A stretch of 64,000 nt of DNA from Tubiluchus corallicola (Eukaryota; Animalia; Priapulida), in NCBI GenBank assembly GCA_030141605.1, contig JAQGDQ010000019.1:62001-126000 (forward strand), written 5' to 3'. Below the pieces are notes generated by a model. The model saw only the letters and a program-made list of their open reading frames with translations, made no database searches and was not told the origin of the DNA. A program made the position numbers and the translations under genes. Below, in pieces: positions 40,012-54,354 of the stretch. Every line of letters starts with the position of its first letter. Within the stretch, counting starts at the first letter, position 1.

Positions 40012-43000
40012 TATAGTCTCAACGGTAGCCAAGACACAACGTTATAGTTGTAAAGTTTTGTATGCTCAAAATCCAACCACATCTTATGATCAAATCTAAT
40101 CAAATGACATATCTTCGCAATAGGTATCGTTATAGTGCATGTTCGTTTTCACATCATCGCCCGTACGGGTTCTTCTTTTTAAACTACACTATGCCATTAA
40201 CTGTTTATCCCTTACTCACACATCAGCAGGTTCTCAAGCGCTGTCTTGTTTCGCCTAACACTAGTAATAATTTGCGCATCTAATTAACAACCTATTTTGG
40301 CAGTAGTATAATTTGCATCGCTATCAAAATATGTCAAACATAAAGGTGTCATGCTATACGATTGGGTCAGTGTACTAGCGTAATAATTTCTTTGCGGTGT
40401 TACCAAAACGCAAAATGTTATTTCGCGTTCAGAAGTAGAGAAGTAAAGTTGCACGTGTGAACGGCTTGGCAACTTCTCTCGTAAGTTTATTCTCAGAGAG
40501 GAGTTGCGCAACAATTTGCGAGGGAAGTCTCTACGTCTGAACGCGCCAATACACCTGCTGAGCTTTTCTATTACCAATAATATTATTTTTGCAGAAAACA
40601 TTAAAATTTTTTATTCTAGTCAATCACTTTGTAATTCATACAAGAACTTGGCGATTTTGAACCTAAATTCTTTCAAACCGTAACAGCAACGACTCTTGAT
40701 AGGTGCTGATATTTATGTTAACTTTGCTAAATACAGTGTGAATGGGTCCTCGCGTTGCTGATGTGAACGATGCCAGTGGTGATATTGTGCGTGCAGAATA
40801 ACCACCGAATCATTTCAGTTTACAGTTGTAAAGCTTCAAACCTTCAACGCAAAAACTGCTTAGTTACAGTTACACAAGGTTTCCTTCCCGAAAAACTCTC
40901 GAGACTCATGCTCCTAGAATGATTCTGATTACACTGTTCACGTTATAAGATGGATTTTAATTATTAAAGCCGACGAAAGAACCGACGAAAACAACGTAGT
41001 CTGTATAGTAGTTAACGCACGCAAGCCGTGATGATGTATTTGCAGAAACAACTGCGTTGAAATTGATATCCCCGCTAGGAATTAGTTTTCGTTTGTGACA
41101 ATAAAATTTTGTAAGAGCTCAAAGAAAAATATCATTTTATACAACTTCACAATGCACATATTGTTGTACTAAAAGTCAGTGCAATATTTCACTTATAAGA
41201 ATTCTTGCATTATATATAGTAGGTAGTGTCCGAAATAAGATTTAACTTTGAAACAAGTGCTCGTTATATTCGTTCACACAAAATCATGGTAATTCAAAAA
41301 TGAATCGGTAATCATAATTTGCAAAATTACCGCTTGATGGCACTAACGCACTGTTTCCTTATTTCCATGAGACTAAGAAAGTCGGAAATCGACAAAAGCT
41401 TTTGCTAAGGTCAGAAACAAGGCCTATAACAAACTTATCTTCACAAGAGCAAAATTCATAAAATAATTATACCGAAAAATGTTTAATAATGGCTGTTCGA
41501 CACAACACGCTTAAGGTTTGTATAGACCTGCAGTAGTTTGGTTCCATATTAGTGAGGTTTGAAGTTGTGAAGGCACTAACCTGATGATGTAAACAATTAA
41601 TACTACACAAAATTATGACATGTCGAAATAGAATTAGTGTTTTCTGAAGAACATATCTTCTGAACAAAATAGCAATTTTCGTGATTTGCATCTACATCAA
41701 GTCGGGAAAATGGATTTAAGACATTGAATGCTTTATCCTCGCGTAGATCTAATAACGAAATTAAAATTCAGGTGCTGCAACGTAGTCCAAATAATGGAGT
41801 AACTGATTTTTACAAATACTGAACATCCAACACAGAAGTGTAAAAATTAAATTAATAAAATCTAGTATGCAATCAATTTCATGTCGTCTAGCCACGAAAC
41901 CCATATAAATAGGAACAAATAAAAGTCAAGGTAAAAAATATGTACAGTATGAACACGAATGCCATTATACATCTGTATGAGATTCTGTGCCAAAAACTTT
42001 TGTAAACAAAACTAAGATTATTTCAAAATTAAGAGATATCGACGTATCACAATAGCAGTATCTACTAATTTTTTAACACTTTACCTATTTACGTTATACT
42101 GGATGTAAATTAATTGTACCTTGCTGTTGCACGAGTTACATTTTTGCGCGCACCTTTCTTAAGTTTGCAAGCAAGGGTTATATTTACACATGACGACTTA
42201 TCTAGAGAATGACAAATTGTTATTTGCTTTTCAGTTTAAATAAGAGGTGCAATAAATTATTGTTTTACTCTGCAGTATTATTCTCCGTTTCGTTTAGTTT
42301 CTATGAACACGCTATTGCCGTTTCTATATTAACAGACTATTAGTATACATGTAAGTTATGGCTTACCTCCCCTGAATTACGTCTGTACAAGTATTCTACT
42401 GATAACTACGCAGGCGTATGTTAGAACGTCGTTAATAGCAATGATTTATATTTCTCATTAAAATTGCCATAACATGTAGGACATATTGGATTCCTATAAT
42501 GTGTTATTTAGGGGCTTTTTTCATATATGTAGTCGGTCGCCTAAACTATCAAAATTACTGTTAGTAAACGTTAAAATTTACCATTAACTTTGGAGATTTG
42601 GATGAAACCTAAGTAGATTGAGAATACTGCTGATAAAACCCAACGATCTCGTTTGCCGTGTCAGCAGGCACCTTTATGTATAAAAGTATTATTACAAACA
42701 ACATAATTCTAGCAAACTCTAGTGACTGTTCTCTAAAAAAATTATTATTTGTTAAGCAGCCTGTACTGAACTGAACAAAACCGGTTTTCCTCTTAAAACG
42801 ACACGCTAACCCTCTCACTATGTTTGAACGTGTGTACTTCTTCTATCAGTAACAGAAACGGTACAAGGCAGAAAGCACTTAATGTTGCAGTCACCCGCCA
42901 TTTATTAACCCAAGTCTAGCATTGCTCAAATTCGCAGCCAAGTAACCAAGCGCACCCCATGACCACTCAGCTATACCTCACCCTAAATGTACTATGATAT

Positions 43001-44429
43001 ATATGATCTACTTTTACAGAATTGTAAGAAAATCCCATGCGTGAATTCAGATCAGGTCGAGGTCTTCAGCTTGTTTCTTCCACACACATAGTTCCTAAAG
43101 TTTCTAGCCACACCTGTACTAATTTATCAGACGTATCTCGCTGCACTAACATTCATATTATTTGTTTGAACTATTAAAGCTTATTGCATGGCAAATTCGG
43201 CATAATCCATACACGCAATACATGACTTGTTGCAGGTGAAGAGCATTTTTGATGATTTAATATCTTGCAATTTATTTTTGTCAATGTTATTAAGTTATTA
43301 ACACTTCTGGTTCATAAATCACATGGGTCGGCGGTTCAAACTCATGCACATTTTACATTCCTTCGTTGCCAGATATTTTCCAATAAAGAGCCTCAGTGTT
43401 CAAGTTTCAAGATAAAAAAATACGTTAGAGCAAGTAAAAATTATTGCAATATAATAATTTAATCTTGTAATCTTACATGGTATGTGTGTGTCACTGGGTC
43501 TCATAATTAAAATTGCAAAAGTAGTGACTGTAACTTTTAACCATTACACAGTATGTGGGTATTTTTGTGGGAAAAGCGACGATTCAATCACTCTGGTGAC
43601 GAAACATTGGAATTTAATACGCCAAAAGGTGTTACCACACTATATTGCGATATAAGTGTAGATTACTTTTATATATAATAATGTCATATTAGTTTTGAAA
43701 TGAAAATTTTGTCGGGCAAGCAAGACTCTTGTGGCTATCTTGAAATTCCTAAATTAACTCAGTTGTTTAGTCAGTGAGATTTTGACCAAGTTTCGTTTTA
43801 CTGTCTTCCTCATTGTCGACCTGTTTGACAAGCTGCTCCACAGAAACGCTTTGAAAACGAAAATACAAGCAAAACATGTACGCAAATAAGCAACGCTCTG
43901 AACGCAGGCATGCGTGTTAAAATCAATGATCATTGGGAGGGGGGGGGGGCTGTGTATGAGAAATGTGAAGTGGTATGTACAGGGCTTACAAATTCTAGGC
44001 TACAATAAGTGCTGTAAAATTCAGATTTTTTTTATTTGCCTATTATTTGATCATCGGCAGTTTTTTAAAGTTGTTGAAAGAACGCTCAAAGTTATTATAT
44101 TTATTGAACTGCTGCTCTAGCTTTACATCGGAACTGATTAAAAATTAACAAAATATCCATTAATCACGATTGCGTCATCAAGTACATTTCATCAATGCAT
44201 TTGGCTCGAGCTTTATCTGCATTAAATTTTTAACAATTCCCAACGATCCGAGCGACACGCAGGAACTAGTACTACATACAGGCATCTGCATTCTCTAATA
44301 ACCGTCGCTTGTTATGCAGATACATTGTGATTTGACAATTAATTACCATAAGTGGCCCTGTACAACGCACCACTGTTAGTTACAACTTACAAGTTACAAT
44401 AATACATATATCAAACTCGTTGTCCTAAT

Positions 44430-44562
44430 TTCTCTGTTTCTCTCGTTCACTTTTTCTCCACCTCTCTTTTTCTCTTTCTTCTTCTGTCTCTCTCTCTTCC
44501 TCCCTCTGTCTCCCATTTTTCTCTCTCTCTCTCTCTGTCTCCCTTTCCCTCGCTCGCTCGCT
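44430..44562. repeat. Imperfect CT-rich low-complexity tract
   Basis: Directly visible; a similar tract lies at ~46250-46395. Confidence 0.85.
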
Positions 44563-44888
44563 CGGCCGATCCACTTGTTCTTGTAAATTTATTAATTAGT
44601 ACTTACCTACCAGTGGCCCATAAATTGAGAAACTCATAGGCTGTGGCTTGACAACAGTACTTTTTGTAAACAGTATAAATATGAAGGCCCGTAGAAATCT
44701 AGTTCTCGTTTAGAATTCGAAGTTCCGAAACAAATAAGTTGAGAAGCTTTTTAACTTTCAAAATAAAAAAATTGTTGATTTCGTAATGTGTGTTTTGTCA
44801 GTGTAAACGAAGTTCAACCTAATGCCTGCTTATGCACATATATAAAGTTCTGAATTTCCTATATGTCCATATTTAAGGAATCTCTTAC

Positions 44889-45025
44889 CTTGAGAAATGT
44901 GGCTTTAAAGGTAGACCTACAGAATGCCTCCTAGCAAAAGCCAATCGCTCACGATGGCGAGCGTTAGCCAGGAGATGTTCCACATCGTAGAGAGTTAGAG
45001 TCACTCCAGCAGGATGCCTAAACAT
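44889..45025 (-). CDS. PDE4: PDE4 alternative first coding exon candidate (MFRHPAGVTLTLYDVEHLLANARHRERLAFARRHSVGLPLKPHFS[S])
   Basis: accATG start with an upstream in-frame stop; 137 nt (45 codons+2) ending AAG|gtaaga; phase 2 fits the FDVENG exon; contains RRHS; GC-richer than its flanks. Confidence 0.75.
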
Positions 45026-47549
45026 GGTGTAGCATATCACCAACTGCACTACTTTTGTACCTTGCAGAATAACAGACTAATTCTACTTTAAACAGCTTAG
45101 CTGAGTTCAAAGGTAACGTGACGGCAAAGCTGGTATTTGGATACCTGGAGGGTTGACTTGTGTTAGCAAGTGCATAATAAGCACTGAGAGGCGACCAACG
45201 GAAGAGCTGCACTTTCTTGTATATTAGCCTACGGCATTAGCACTCCAACAATTTTCATAATTATAGCTCTAAGTCCGAACTCATACATACCCTGAATACC
45301 TCCTTGAATTGTTTTAGCCAAGAACTAAGTTAGGAATATTTTAGTCTAGTCACTTTAAAGAAATTAATTATTTAAAAACTGATGCTGCGATTCAGTCATT
45401 TAGTCTTTACAGTGATGATGTTGTTAGTATTACCCAAGGCGAGTTTGATTTTTTAACCGATGTGCCGGTGATACCTAGTAATTTTCTTAACGCAACTGAC
45501 GTTAGAATTTAGCTTTTAAAAGGGTTTGAAATATAAAATGCTTTCTGAAAACTTATAGAAATTATAAAATTTATTAGTAAATGTTTTTACGAGGGGTTGA
45601 AGACCGTTTTCACCTTCTCAAGTTCGATTTTAGGTTTTGATTATTAGCTTACGCGGCAAAATCTCTGCAAGATTGTAAAACCATCCACTAATTGGTTTTG
45701 GACGCAGACACTTTGAAGGCATCCATAAATGATTTTCGAAGCAGTCATTTTGGAAGCAATACCGAGTGCTATCATTTTATCAACAATTCCTATGTTTATG
45801 CAAGTTGCTAAAGCAAGTACGAAAGAGAACAAATTGGTGACCAAATGTAGAGTTAAGTAACACTGGCTACGATTGCAAATAACATTGGTAACTTTCAGAC
45901 AAAAATTCTTCGGACTAAAAAATCTGTAATAATTGATTAATATCAAATTAATAACACAGTGATTATCATCAGTGTGAAAGTGATAAACAAGCAAATTTTA
46001 CTAGGAACTCATATTTTTATCTCATATTTTTGCTCTTTGCCAGCAACAGTCCACAAATTCTGCTGATGGCTTTTGTGGGCTACCACAACTTACCAAAAAA
46101 TTCTTGACAAAATTCAGAGGTGTAAATCAATATCAACATCGATAAAAGCAGTAAAAGCTAAACGAATAGTCTTGTCTGCAAAAATTCTTGAAAAAGTAGA
46201 ATGCAAAAAGAATTTAAACTAAAGTCTGCAACTACCAACTTTATCTCGGAAATCTCTCTTACTCTACTATCCTCCATTTTCTCTCTCACCCCTCTCTCTC
46301 CTTCCTCCCCACTCTCTCTCATCTCCCGCTCTCTTTAAATTTTAAATTTTCATGTCTTTTCTTTGTTTGTTTGTTCCCTCCCCCCATCTCTCTACACTGA
46401 CGGACTAAGGGACTATATTGATATACTGGTCCATGCATTGGCAGAACGTCTCTTAATGTAATCAATCTTCAGTGTAACCTCCTGTTATGGAGGTAAGTAA
46501 AAGGATCAACTGAGATAGATTGTCTGAGGCCATTAACCGATTTGGTTTCGATCGCGTCATTTGACCGATTTACACAAATCGCGCGTAAGAGAAACTGATC
46601 TCTCAATTATCGTCAATACACTGGTTTATCAAATACGTAGATAATAAATAATTAAAGCTAAGTAGCCAAAAATTACTAATTATGTAGTGGGCTTCTTCCA
46701 ACTGATTGAAATAAAGCAGCAAGAAATTGATCTCATCTTTATTAAAATTCTTGTCATTGTTTCGATCGGACGTAGCAGGCCATCATTGGGTCATGCTTTA
46801 CTTCAATCGGTTGGACAAAGCATACCATATAGTCAGTACATAAAACTCAACTAGCAACTACATAACAATGGAAAGAATTACAACCAAAAATTGTCATTTA
46901 TAAACAATAGCACAAATCATAGCTGTAGAAACCTCTACAAATGTTTTATCTAGAACTATTGAAAATGCTCGGTCAAAAGTACACGTTTTACACATTCACA
47001 TTTAATGGGTGCACTGATATTTGAGAGACAGGCTGTCTCACAATTTCAAAGGACACTGGCTGATATGCTTCAATTAGGACATATCTCGGTTAAAATTGTT
47101 GCCGACTTATTCGCATTTAGTTACCTTTATTATCTAAATAGATTAAATTATGGAAGAATCGTAAACTTACTGATCATATAAACCGACCTTGTTTGGTTTT
47201 TATGCAATATCTTGCTCCTCTGGCATACTAAATGATCATGAATGGTCATTGCCTAGCATGTTGACACAGAGAGAGGCAATTACCAGCATGAATGTTTCTG
47301 TTATTCCGTGCCAAGCGGTATTGAGATAAAGTTATTGATTTTAAGCACTGTAAGTCCTGTTTTGAGCAACTTATTAAATTTAAACTGCTCTGTTTGCGTG
47401 ATCTCTGTGGACTATCTCAAACAATTGTTCTGTCATTGATGAAGTAGCCGTCGAGCAAACATAACTTCAAGAAGCCAGTCACAGAAGATTCAAAAACCAT
47501 TTGATCTGTTGTTCATACGCAGTAAAATAAACTTGTTCCGATAGTAAGA

Positions 47550-47965
47550 AAATTATCAATTGGTACACATATTCCACAAAAACGATTTTTCATATTTTTT
47601 TTGCTGAACTTTCGACTCCTTTCTAGTAGACCTCATCAGGAAAAGAGGACTGATCTAAATTTATTCATTAACATGCCAAAACAAAAGCATTAACATGAGT
47701 ACGAATAACAATAAAAACAATAATTAAAAAAGATATGCAAAGAAAACTTGCCAAAATAATTAACAACAATTAACAGTAATTCTTAAATTACTGTTTCTGT
47801 TTCTATAGTTAACTCGTATTTGTGTCATAATGCTTTTATTTTGGCATGTTCTTAAATAATTAGAAACCATTCTTCATTTCTTGATAGTAACTTTAAAAAA
47901 GCAGTTGAAACGCGGTTTTCACATAATGTATGATTTTTATTATTATGGGATAGTTAGTACCAACT
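47550..47965. mobile_element. Degenerate ~400-bp palindromic (foldback/MITE-like) element
   Basis: aacatgccaaaacaaaagcatta (~47670) versus taatgcttttattttggcatgtt (~47828), one mismatch; weaker inverted similarity extends out to ttggtac..gtaccaa. Confidence 0.65.
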
Positions 47966-49452
47966 TACGAATACAATTAGAATTAAAATTATTTATTTTT
48001 CACCTGTTAGTAAAAATATTAGTGATTATGTAACAAAATTAAATTTAAATATTTCATAATAATATTCATTTTAGGTAATATGTATAGGTGAAGGATGTAT
48101 AGGATGGCAAATGAAAGTAAGTTATTTAGTCAGCCACCTCAATAGTTGTCCTTTCTAATTGTTTAACGATTAAACTTCAAAGTTTGAAAGTCTAAACAAA
48201 AGTTCTGTATATACGTGGACATAAAAAAATAATTAAAGTACGGCGAAGAACGAGAATTTTTACACAAAAAAATTCGCTTCTACACTCGTTGAGTACTCGG
48301 CAACAAAGACAGCAGTGATTTGGGTCGTTTTGTATGACGAGGATTCCAGTTCCATTAGCTGTAAAGAGCTTCTGTGTGGTGGAAAAGCGTTAATGATGGT
48401 CTAACGCGGTCATTTTCACTAAATCTATGGAGACAAATCTATTCTTGGGATTCAACGTAATGGGATAGAAATAATGAGCGAATTAAGGCTGCAAATTGTC
48501 CATCATTCAGAGTCAATTGTATCCATTTTAGGGGCGAAAGTCGTTGTTGAATTCGAAAAAATCTCGAAACGAAGTTACAGTACATTAGAGTTTATTAGCA
48601 CTGCTTTTGTCAGCAGAAAATTAAGCTTTCAAGTCGCTTACAGAGATGTCGTTTGACTGCGAGCATACTCGACTTGGTTTAAATTAAACTATATTTGTTA
48701 ATATAAACAAAGGCGCTTTAATAGCAAGTGCTAGTAAACGGTCAGGTAACCAGGTTGATGTGATTTAAGGACACTCTCTGACATAAAAATAAAAAGAAAT
48801 TGAAAAGGTGAAAATGAGTCTATTAGAAGCAATTGCGAAGCCAATGTTAAATGTAGTTGCACTATATGCAGAAAAGGTTATAGGTGTTTTTGGCCACATA
48901 CAGGGGTTTTAGACAAAGGTCCTTTCGACATAAATATTTTGGACACATAACTAATATGGGCATGGTAGTATGGACACATGGGTCATTTGGATCCAAGGTA
49001 ATTTGTACAAATAGGTTATGTGGACACTAGGTATATTAGGCACGTGAGTCATTTGGACACTTCGATCAGTTGGACACGTAGATAATTTAGACACATGAAC
49101 TACCATCAAACAAGGTACCATTTGCATTTAACCAGGAACATGGTGCCACTTAGTAACGTACCTTATGTAGTTATACCCTGTTCCTCAGCACGGTGAATTT
49201 AAACCAGTTCTTTTTTAAATTCAAAAGGTTTCTGACATCTTAAAAAACAGTGAATCAAACGAATGACATATTATGAATGTTTTGAGTAGGATTCTTTTGC
49301 TAGCTACCTCCAACCCAACTCCCCAAAAGTAACTACAGTTTGCAGGTCAAAAATTACGTAAACGACGTCTATTAAGCATTTTCACAGAATGCGAATATCA
49401 TGTGGTAACGGTAGCAGCGGCAGTAGACAGATAAGTGCACAGATGCGATTGG

Positions 49453-49589
49453 CACGGTACGGCGACTGCGACAGCTACGGCACAATTTCTTGTTGCGCTT
49501 TTTCTCGCTAATTAAACTGGACACGGTACGGCGACTGCGACAGCTACGGCACAATTTCTTGTTGCGCTTTTTTCCCACTAATTAAACTG
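49453..49589. repeat. Near-perfect direct duplication, period 69 bp
   Basis: cacggtacggcgactgcgacagctacggcacaatttcttgttgcgctttttt..ctaattaaactg occurs twice. Confidence 0.95.
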
Positions 49590-49612
49590 AGAAACAGCAT
49601 TCTACATTACAG

Positions 49613-49990
49613 ATGTAATGTAATGTAATGTAAAATTTATTTATATAGCGCACTTACATCTTTTAAAATCTCAGCACGCTGAACAATAAAATACATTTAA
49701 AATTCATAAGAAACATAAAATTTAAAAGGCATTAAAAATTAAAAATAATTCATCATAAAAAGTACAATTTAAACGAATGTGTTTTAAAATGTTGTTTAAA
49801 ACAATCTAATGAATTTGTAGAACGTATAGCAACAGGTAAGTTATTCCAGAGACGAGGAGCACAGACAGAGAAAGCTTTTTCACCATAGAATACTGTATTA
49901 GGAATAGGCTGATGTAAATTAATTTGTTCATTAGCATGAGAACGAAGCGTACGGGGTACGTTACAGCGTATTAAAAGATTAGTAAGATTA
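49613..49990 (-). mobile_element. 5'-truncated L2/CR1-group LINE: ORF2 C-terminus, 3' UTR and (CATTA)n tail
   Basis: 49989-49753 translates NLTNLLIRCNVPRTLRSH..YGEKAFSVCAPRLWNNLPVAIRSTNSLDCFKQHFKTHSF..*, the typical L2 ORF2 C-terminal motif; 3' end gcgctatataaataaattttacattacattacattaca. Confidence 0.9.
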
Positions 49991-52900
49991 GATTAAACCA
50001 TGTAGTATTCCGTGGGTGACACAAAGAATTTTAAGTTGAATTCGGCAACCATTGTAACCCTCTCAGATTAAGGTGCTTAGGTATTAATTAAGATAAAATG
50101 ATGAACATTGGAAGATTTTTCTTTAGAAATTTTTAAAATGAGCTATGAAAAATTTTTCTAGTCCGTAGGGTTTGTCATGCCATGAAGAATTTTGCCTGAT
50201 ATAACACCGAAATTTCGGTGGTTCGCCGTCGCCGCATGCTGTCTGTAATCATAGCGTCCCTGAAGGCAACGGTTACTCCTTTGAGAATTAATCAATGCGT
50301 AATTACTAATCGATTATAAACCACTCATTTCGATATCTCTGGAATGAATGCTCTCACTCCTAAGTACTAGTGGTGCGAGAAAGGACTAAAGTCCTGCAGC
50401 GCTTGTCATAATTCTTGTACTCCTTTGATAGGTTATGTTGTTTTGAATCTCTTACAGAGTACTTACTTTCAGTGAACAAACTTTAGTGCATTAATGTCCT
50501 ATTAAGCATAGTCAGCCATGTTTGGCAAACTTTGTTCCCGTCATGAAATGTATGCAGTAGAAATGTGAATTTGGCACAAAAGTGTATTGATTCGCTTAAA
50601 TATTTTTGCTAAAAATGAAGTATCTTTGAGGCTAATTCTAATAAGATGCCCAAACTCTGGGCAACGAAAAATAAGCTACACATGTCTAAATGCCAACTCT
50701 TAGAAGTGTCCAGTTCTAGTGCATAATGACGTATGTGTCCAAACAACCTGTGTCCAAATGATTCGTGTCCAGATATTCTATGTGGCCAAAATTCCTATAC
50801 TATCCACATGGCTTATGTATCTGAATGACTTATGTATACAAATGACCTGTATGCCCTTGTGTCCTAATGACATATGTGTCCAAAAGTTTTGTGGAGAAGC
50901 TTAGCACTTGAAGTGAATGATGAACAGAACAACCGGGCGAAAAACTCAATATCACTTTTTTCTTATCGCATCGGATTAATCAAAATGAATTTTCTATCTT
51001 TATAACCATTAACTTATTATGTCAAAATAAATTCTTAGAAAAATATTTTTATAGATGGTCAAGCTAACTGAGCCGCGATGTTTGCTTAGCAACGGAAGTA
51101 GAGCAACACCAAGCCTGATCAGAATAAATAGGCAAGTAACTGATGGGGGAGTGCTTCTGACGGTTTCGTTTGCCATGTTATTCCCAGTTATTTATCTTGT
51201 TGAAGAAAGCTACAGATGTATACCAGAACGCGCCTAAGACACCCAAGCAGGTTTAGTGTCTTAGCAGAGAAGTTCAACTTTGATAAGAAGAAAAGTTTCG
51301 TTTTGCGTTTTGCATGATGTGACACTAAAGGTTCTTGGTCTGAACTGAATAAAAAAGAACAATAGGGAGTGGACCATGATAGTAAGTTTCAAATCCAACG
51401 ATTTAAGATTATGGTAGCCTAGTAGAATTGAAAGTCGCGTACTACAATCAGAACAGCTTAGCAATTATACGGTTGACCTAATTCTTGTCACGTGACGCAA
51501 GAGATCTATTAGATAGAGAAAATGATGCTGGCCTAGCTTGCGAATCCGCAGTTTATGATGCAAAAATGGTGGAAGCTGTGTAATAAACAGTGCAACAAAA
51601 ACATTTCATTGACTTTATTGCTTCTGTAGGAAATTTGCTTCTCAGTCATAGACCTTCGCACAGGCTGAACGCATGGCATGCTTAACGCACTTACACACGT
51701 ACTACTTTTCCCGCTAAACACACCAGTAAAAACCATCTGCAAAATGCCGCAAAATTTATAACATTTTTAACCAGTCTACGATTTCTGCTGCCTTAACTAC
51801 GCCATCCAGCGATATTTATCAAAGAATGGAAACTGTACATTGAACTATTTCTCAAAAACCCGTGAAACCAATGGAAGACGCATTACAGGTTTGCTCGCAC
51901 AACATAATTTTGATGACAAAATTTGGTAACCTGTTAGCACACCCTGAGATGACTTCGCTTCTCTTCTTCAACTAGCCAGTCTATGAAACAAATCGACTTG
52001 TTTAATTGTTTTTCTTCAGTTAACGTTATCTCAGAGTTGTTCATTAGTAATATAGTTGATCTCTTAGACTTGCAGAAAGGCGCTCTAATAATTAAAACTA
52101 AGGAAAAATGAGCAAAGTGGACAGTAAAAGATTTGAATGAATGTCTCTCATTTGGGTGGCCACTACGTATATTTAACTGATCCTGCATGCAAGGCTCGAA
52201 GATCTAGCACGACACAGCATACTCTAATTAATTTTACACAAGATTCTCTGTGCAGCTAAAGTAATTAACGATAGTACACACAATCGGGGTTAACAAAGAT
52301 TGGGGCTGAAGTGATGAATTGAAGTCGTGGCATGAATCACAAATATTCTTAGGCTAGACAACTAGTCAACTAGGACGACGAAAAACTTTAACTGTCTTAA
52401 TTGCCTTAGCAAGATCCAAGATTTAAATTTTCTTTTAAATGAAGTTTACGTCAGTTGCTATTGTTCCCCAAGTTTCTAAAACATAATAACTGTTTTCATG
52501 AAAAGTCTTGGAAACTACTGCCATTATTTCCGTAGAAAAGATGTACAATTACGAGAATTGTGTTTGCGCTACTCTGTACTGGAACATTAACATAGTAATT
52601 TGACTAATTAATCTAATAATCCTACAAAATTATTATTAGTTGTTCAATCATTCACAAGTTTATTCTTGTTTTAAAGGATTTCATTTCAACTCGTTTCTAT
52701 CATTTGCGTGAAAATTTCTACCAAAACTGAAATGGGTATTCAAGTTGATTTTCTCTCATTTTGAAACAAAACAGTGATCTATTGAATATGTCGTCTGAGT
52801 TTGGTCAACGATGTATATGTGAATAATATAAAAGCGTAAATTTCCGTTCTTCTCCGCAATTTTATGGAGTATTTCAAATATCAAATACATTTCGTATGTT

Positions 52901-54354
52901 ATTTGTTTTTCATTCGTAAATTGTTGACATTACTGGTTACAGGAAGACAATAAACAGTCTTCGAATGCTTTAATTCAAATCAGAGTGGGGCCCTTAAGAC
53001 ATAACGTGCTCTTGCTTTGATAATTTGCTACTTCAGTTACTTCTGCTAGGATCTTATTTCTACATCAAAAGCTCAGATAACGTACATCTAGCTCGCGTTT
53101 AGCCTTTAGCCAATAACAGTCATTATACTCAGGAGAAATATAATATATTATTTAGGAAAAACGTGCTTTACAGCGCATGATAGACAGTTACATGCATAGT
53201 TAGTGCATTGTAAACAAATGAGAGGCAAATAATAACAGGTACTGATCGGTACTTTGTAAACTCGCGTATGCGCTCTAGTGCAGTAAATTTCTCTAATGAT
53301 AATGTGGAGTAGAGAAAGTAATCTCCCAATCCAATTAACGGCGAGAAGCCCCTTGGCTTTGTCGTGGCTTGTTAACTTCGTTGGAAAATTAAAAAATAAT
53401 TCCATGTGGCAAAAAAGTGTATCAGAATTGCAACATTCACCTACTGATTATTATAAGATGGCTGAATGTTACGTCAGTGTCGCGTGCAAAACTTGTGCAT
53501 TATTGCGAGACAGTAAAACACTTAATCTAATTGTTAAATATGATTAATTAGTTAATGCGAACGTTTTTGACAGGTTTATTGAGCAGTGCATTTAAATTAC
53601 GGTTGTTAAATTCCAGACACTGTTTTAAGAATTATATCGCCGAAAAGGCAAGGTAAAGACTTATTGTTTAAACAGAGTGCAAGCAAGTAACTGTAAATGC
53701 AACACTTCAATATTCACATTACTCTATGACGCGCATAATGTACATCTGATTACGTTTCTGCGCTTCTGATTTTTACAGTTCTCTTTAACAGTTGCCTTTT
53801 GGCAACGTTTCCCAATTTTCATGTTTTCATGTACACAAAGAGACACGAATAGTTTGCCGGTGAAGAAGGATGAATCAATTAATTCCTCTCCCACCATCTG
53901 CGTCTGCTAGTCGGACATACAAATATTACAGAAACCATGTCACACACGGATGTTTGATTTCATTTCTCATAACAATTTATATTCCTGCGTGATATCGCAA
54001 AGGTCAAAAGCAGAAAGTGAACAGTTGTCGAAGCAGCATTTGTAAACACATCACTACATTTTTATTCTCACTTCAGGAACAGTACAAATTGTAGCCAGCG
54101 TCTCCTGCATTTGCAGGGCAGACACCTTTAAATTCAACGAACTGCTGTGTAAAATGTTAGAATGCGGTATGAAAAGGCTACGCCAGAAAACTCTTAGAAA
54201 TAGCCAAAGAACAAATTGAAACCCGAGCAAGCAAGTGCAAGGCTTTTTACGCACAATGCTATGTTTGTTGTTTATCATCTGATCAGGTGTTCTTACAAAG
54301 TTAGCAGAGTGTGCCAAGTTGTCAACCTCAAATTTTTTAATCTTCAATCTTTTA

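Larger units (their letters stand above)
48888..50888. mobile_element. About 2-kb element bounded by inverted arrays of ~15-17 bp units (ttggacac / gtgtccaa)
   Basis: Roughly a dozen gtcatttggacac-like units at 48888-49098 and their reverse complements (gtgtccaaatgac-like) at 50680-50888. Confidence 0.7.

Noticed and set aside
42362-42410. Minus-strand RRNSGE followed by gtaagc
   Set aside because: Phase-0 donor, in-frame stop just upstream and no ATG.
44600-44640. Strong minus-strand donor gtag|gtaagt with nearby ATGs
   Set aside because: The ATG frames give phase 1 or a stop, so they cannot join the UCR1 exon in frame.
48888-49098. CRISPR-like repeat array (also 3486-3662 and 20385-20570)
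   Set aside because: Eukaryotic context, short degenerate units, no unique ~30-nt spacers and no cas genes.
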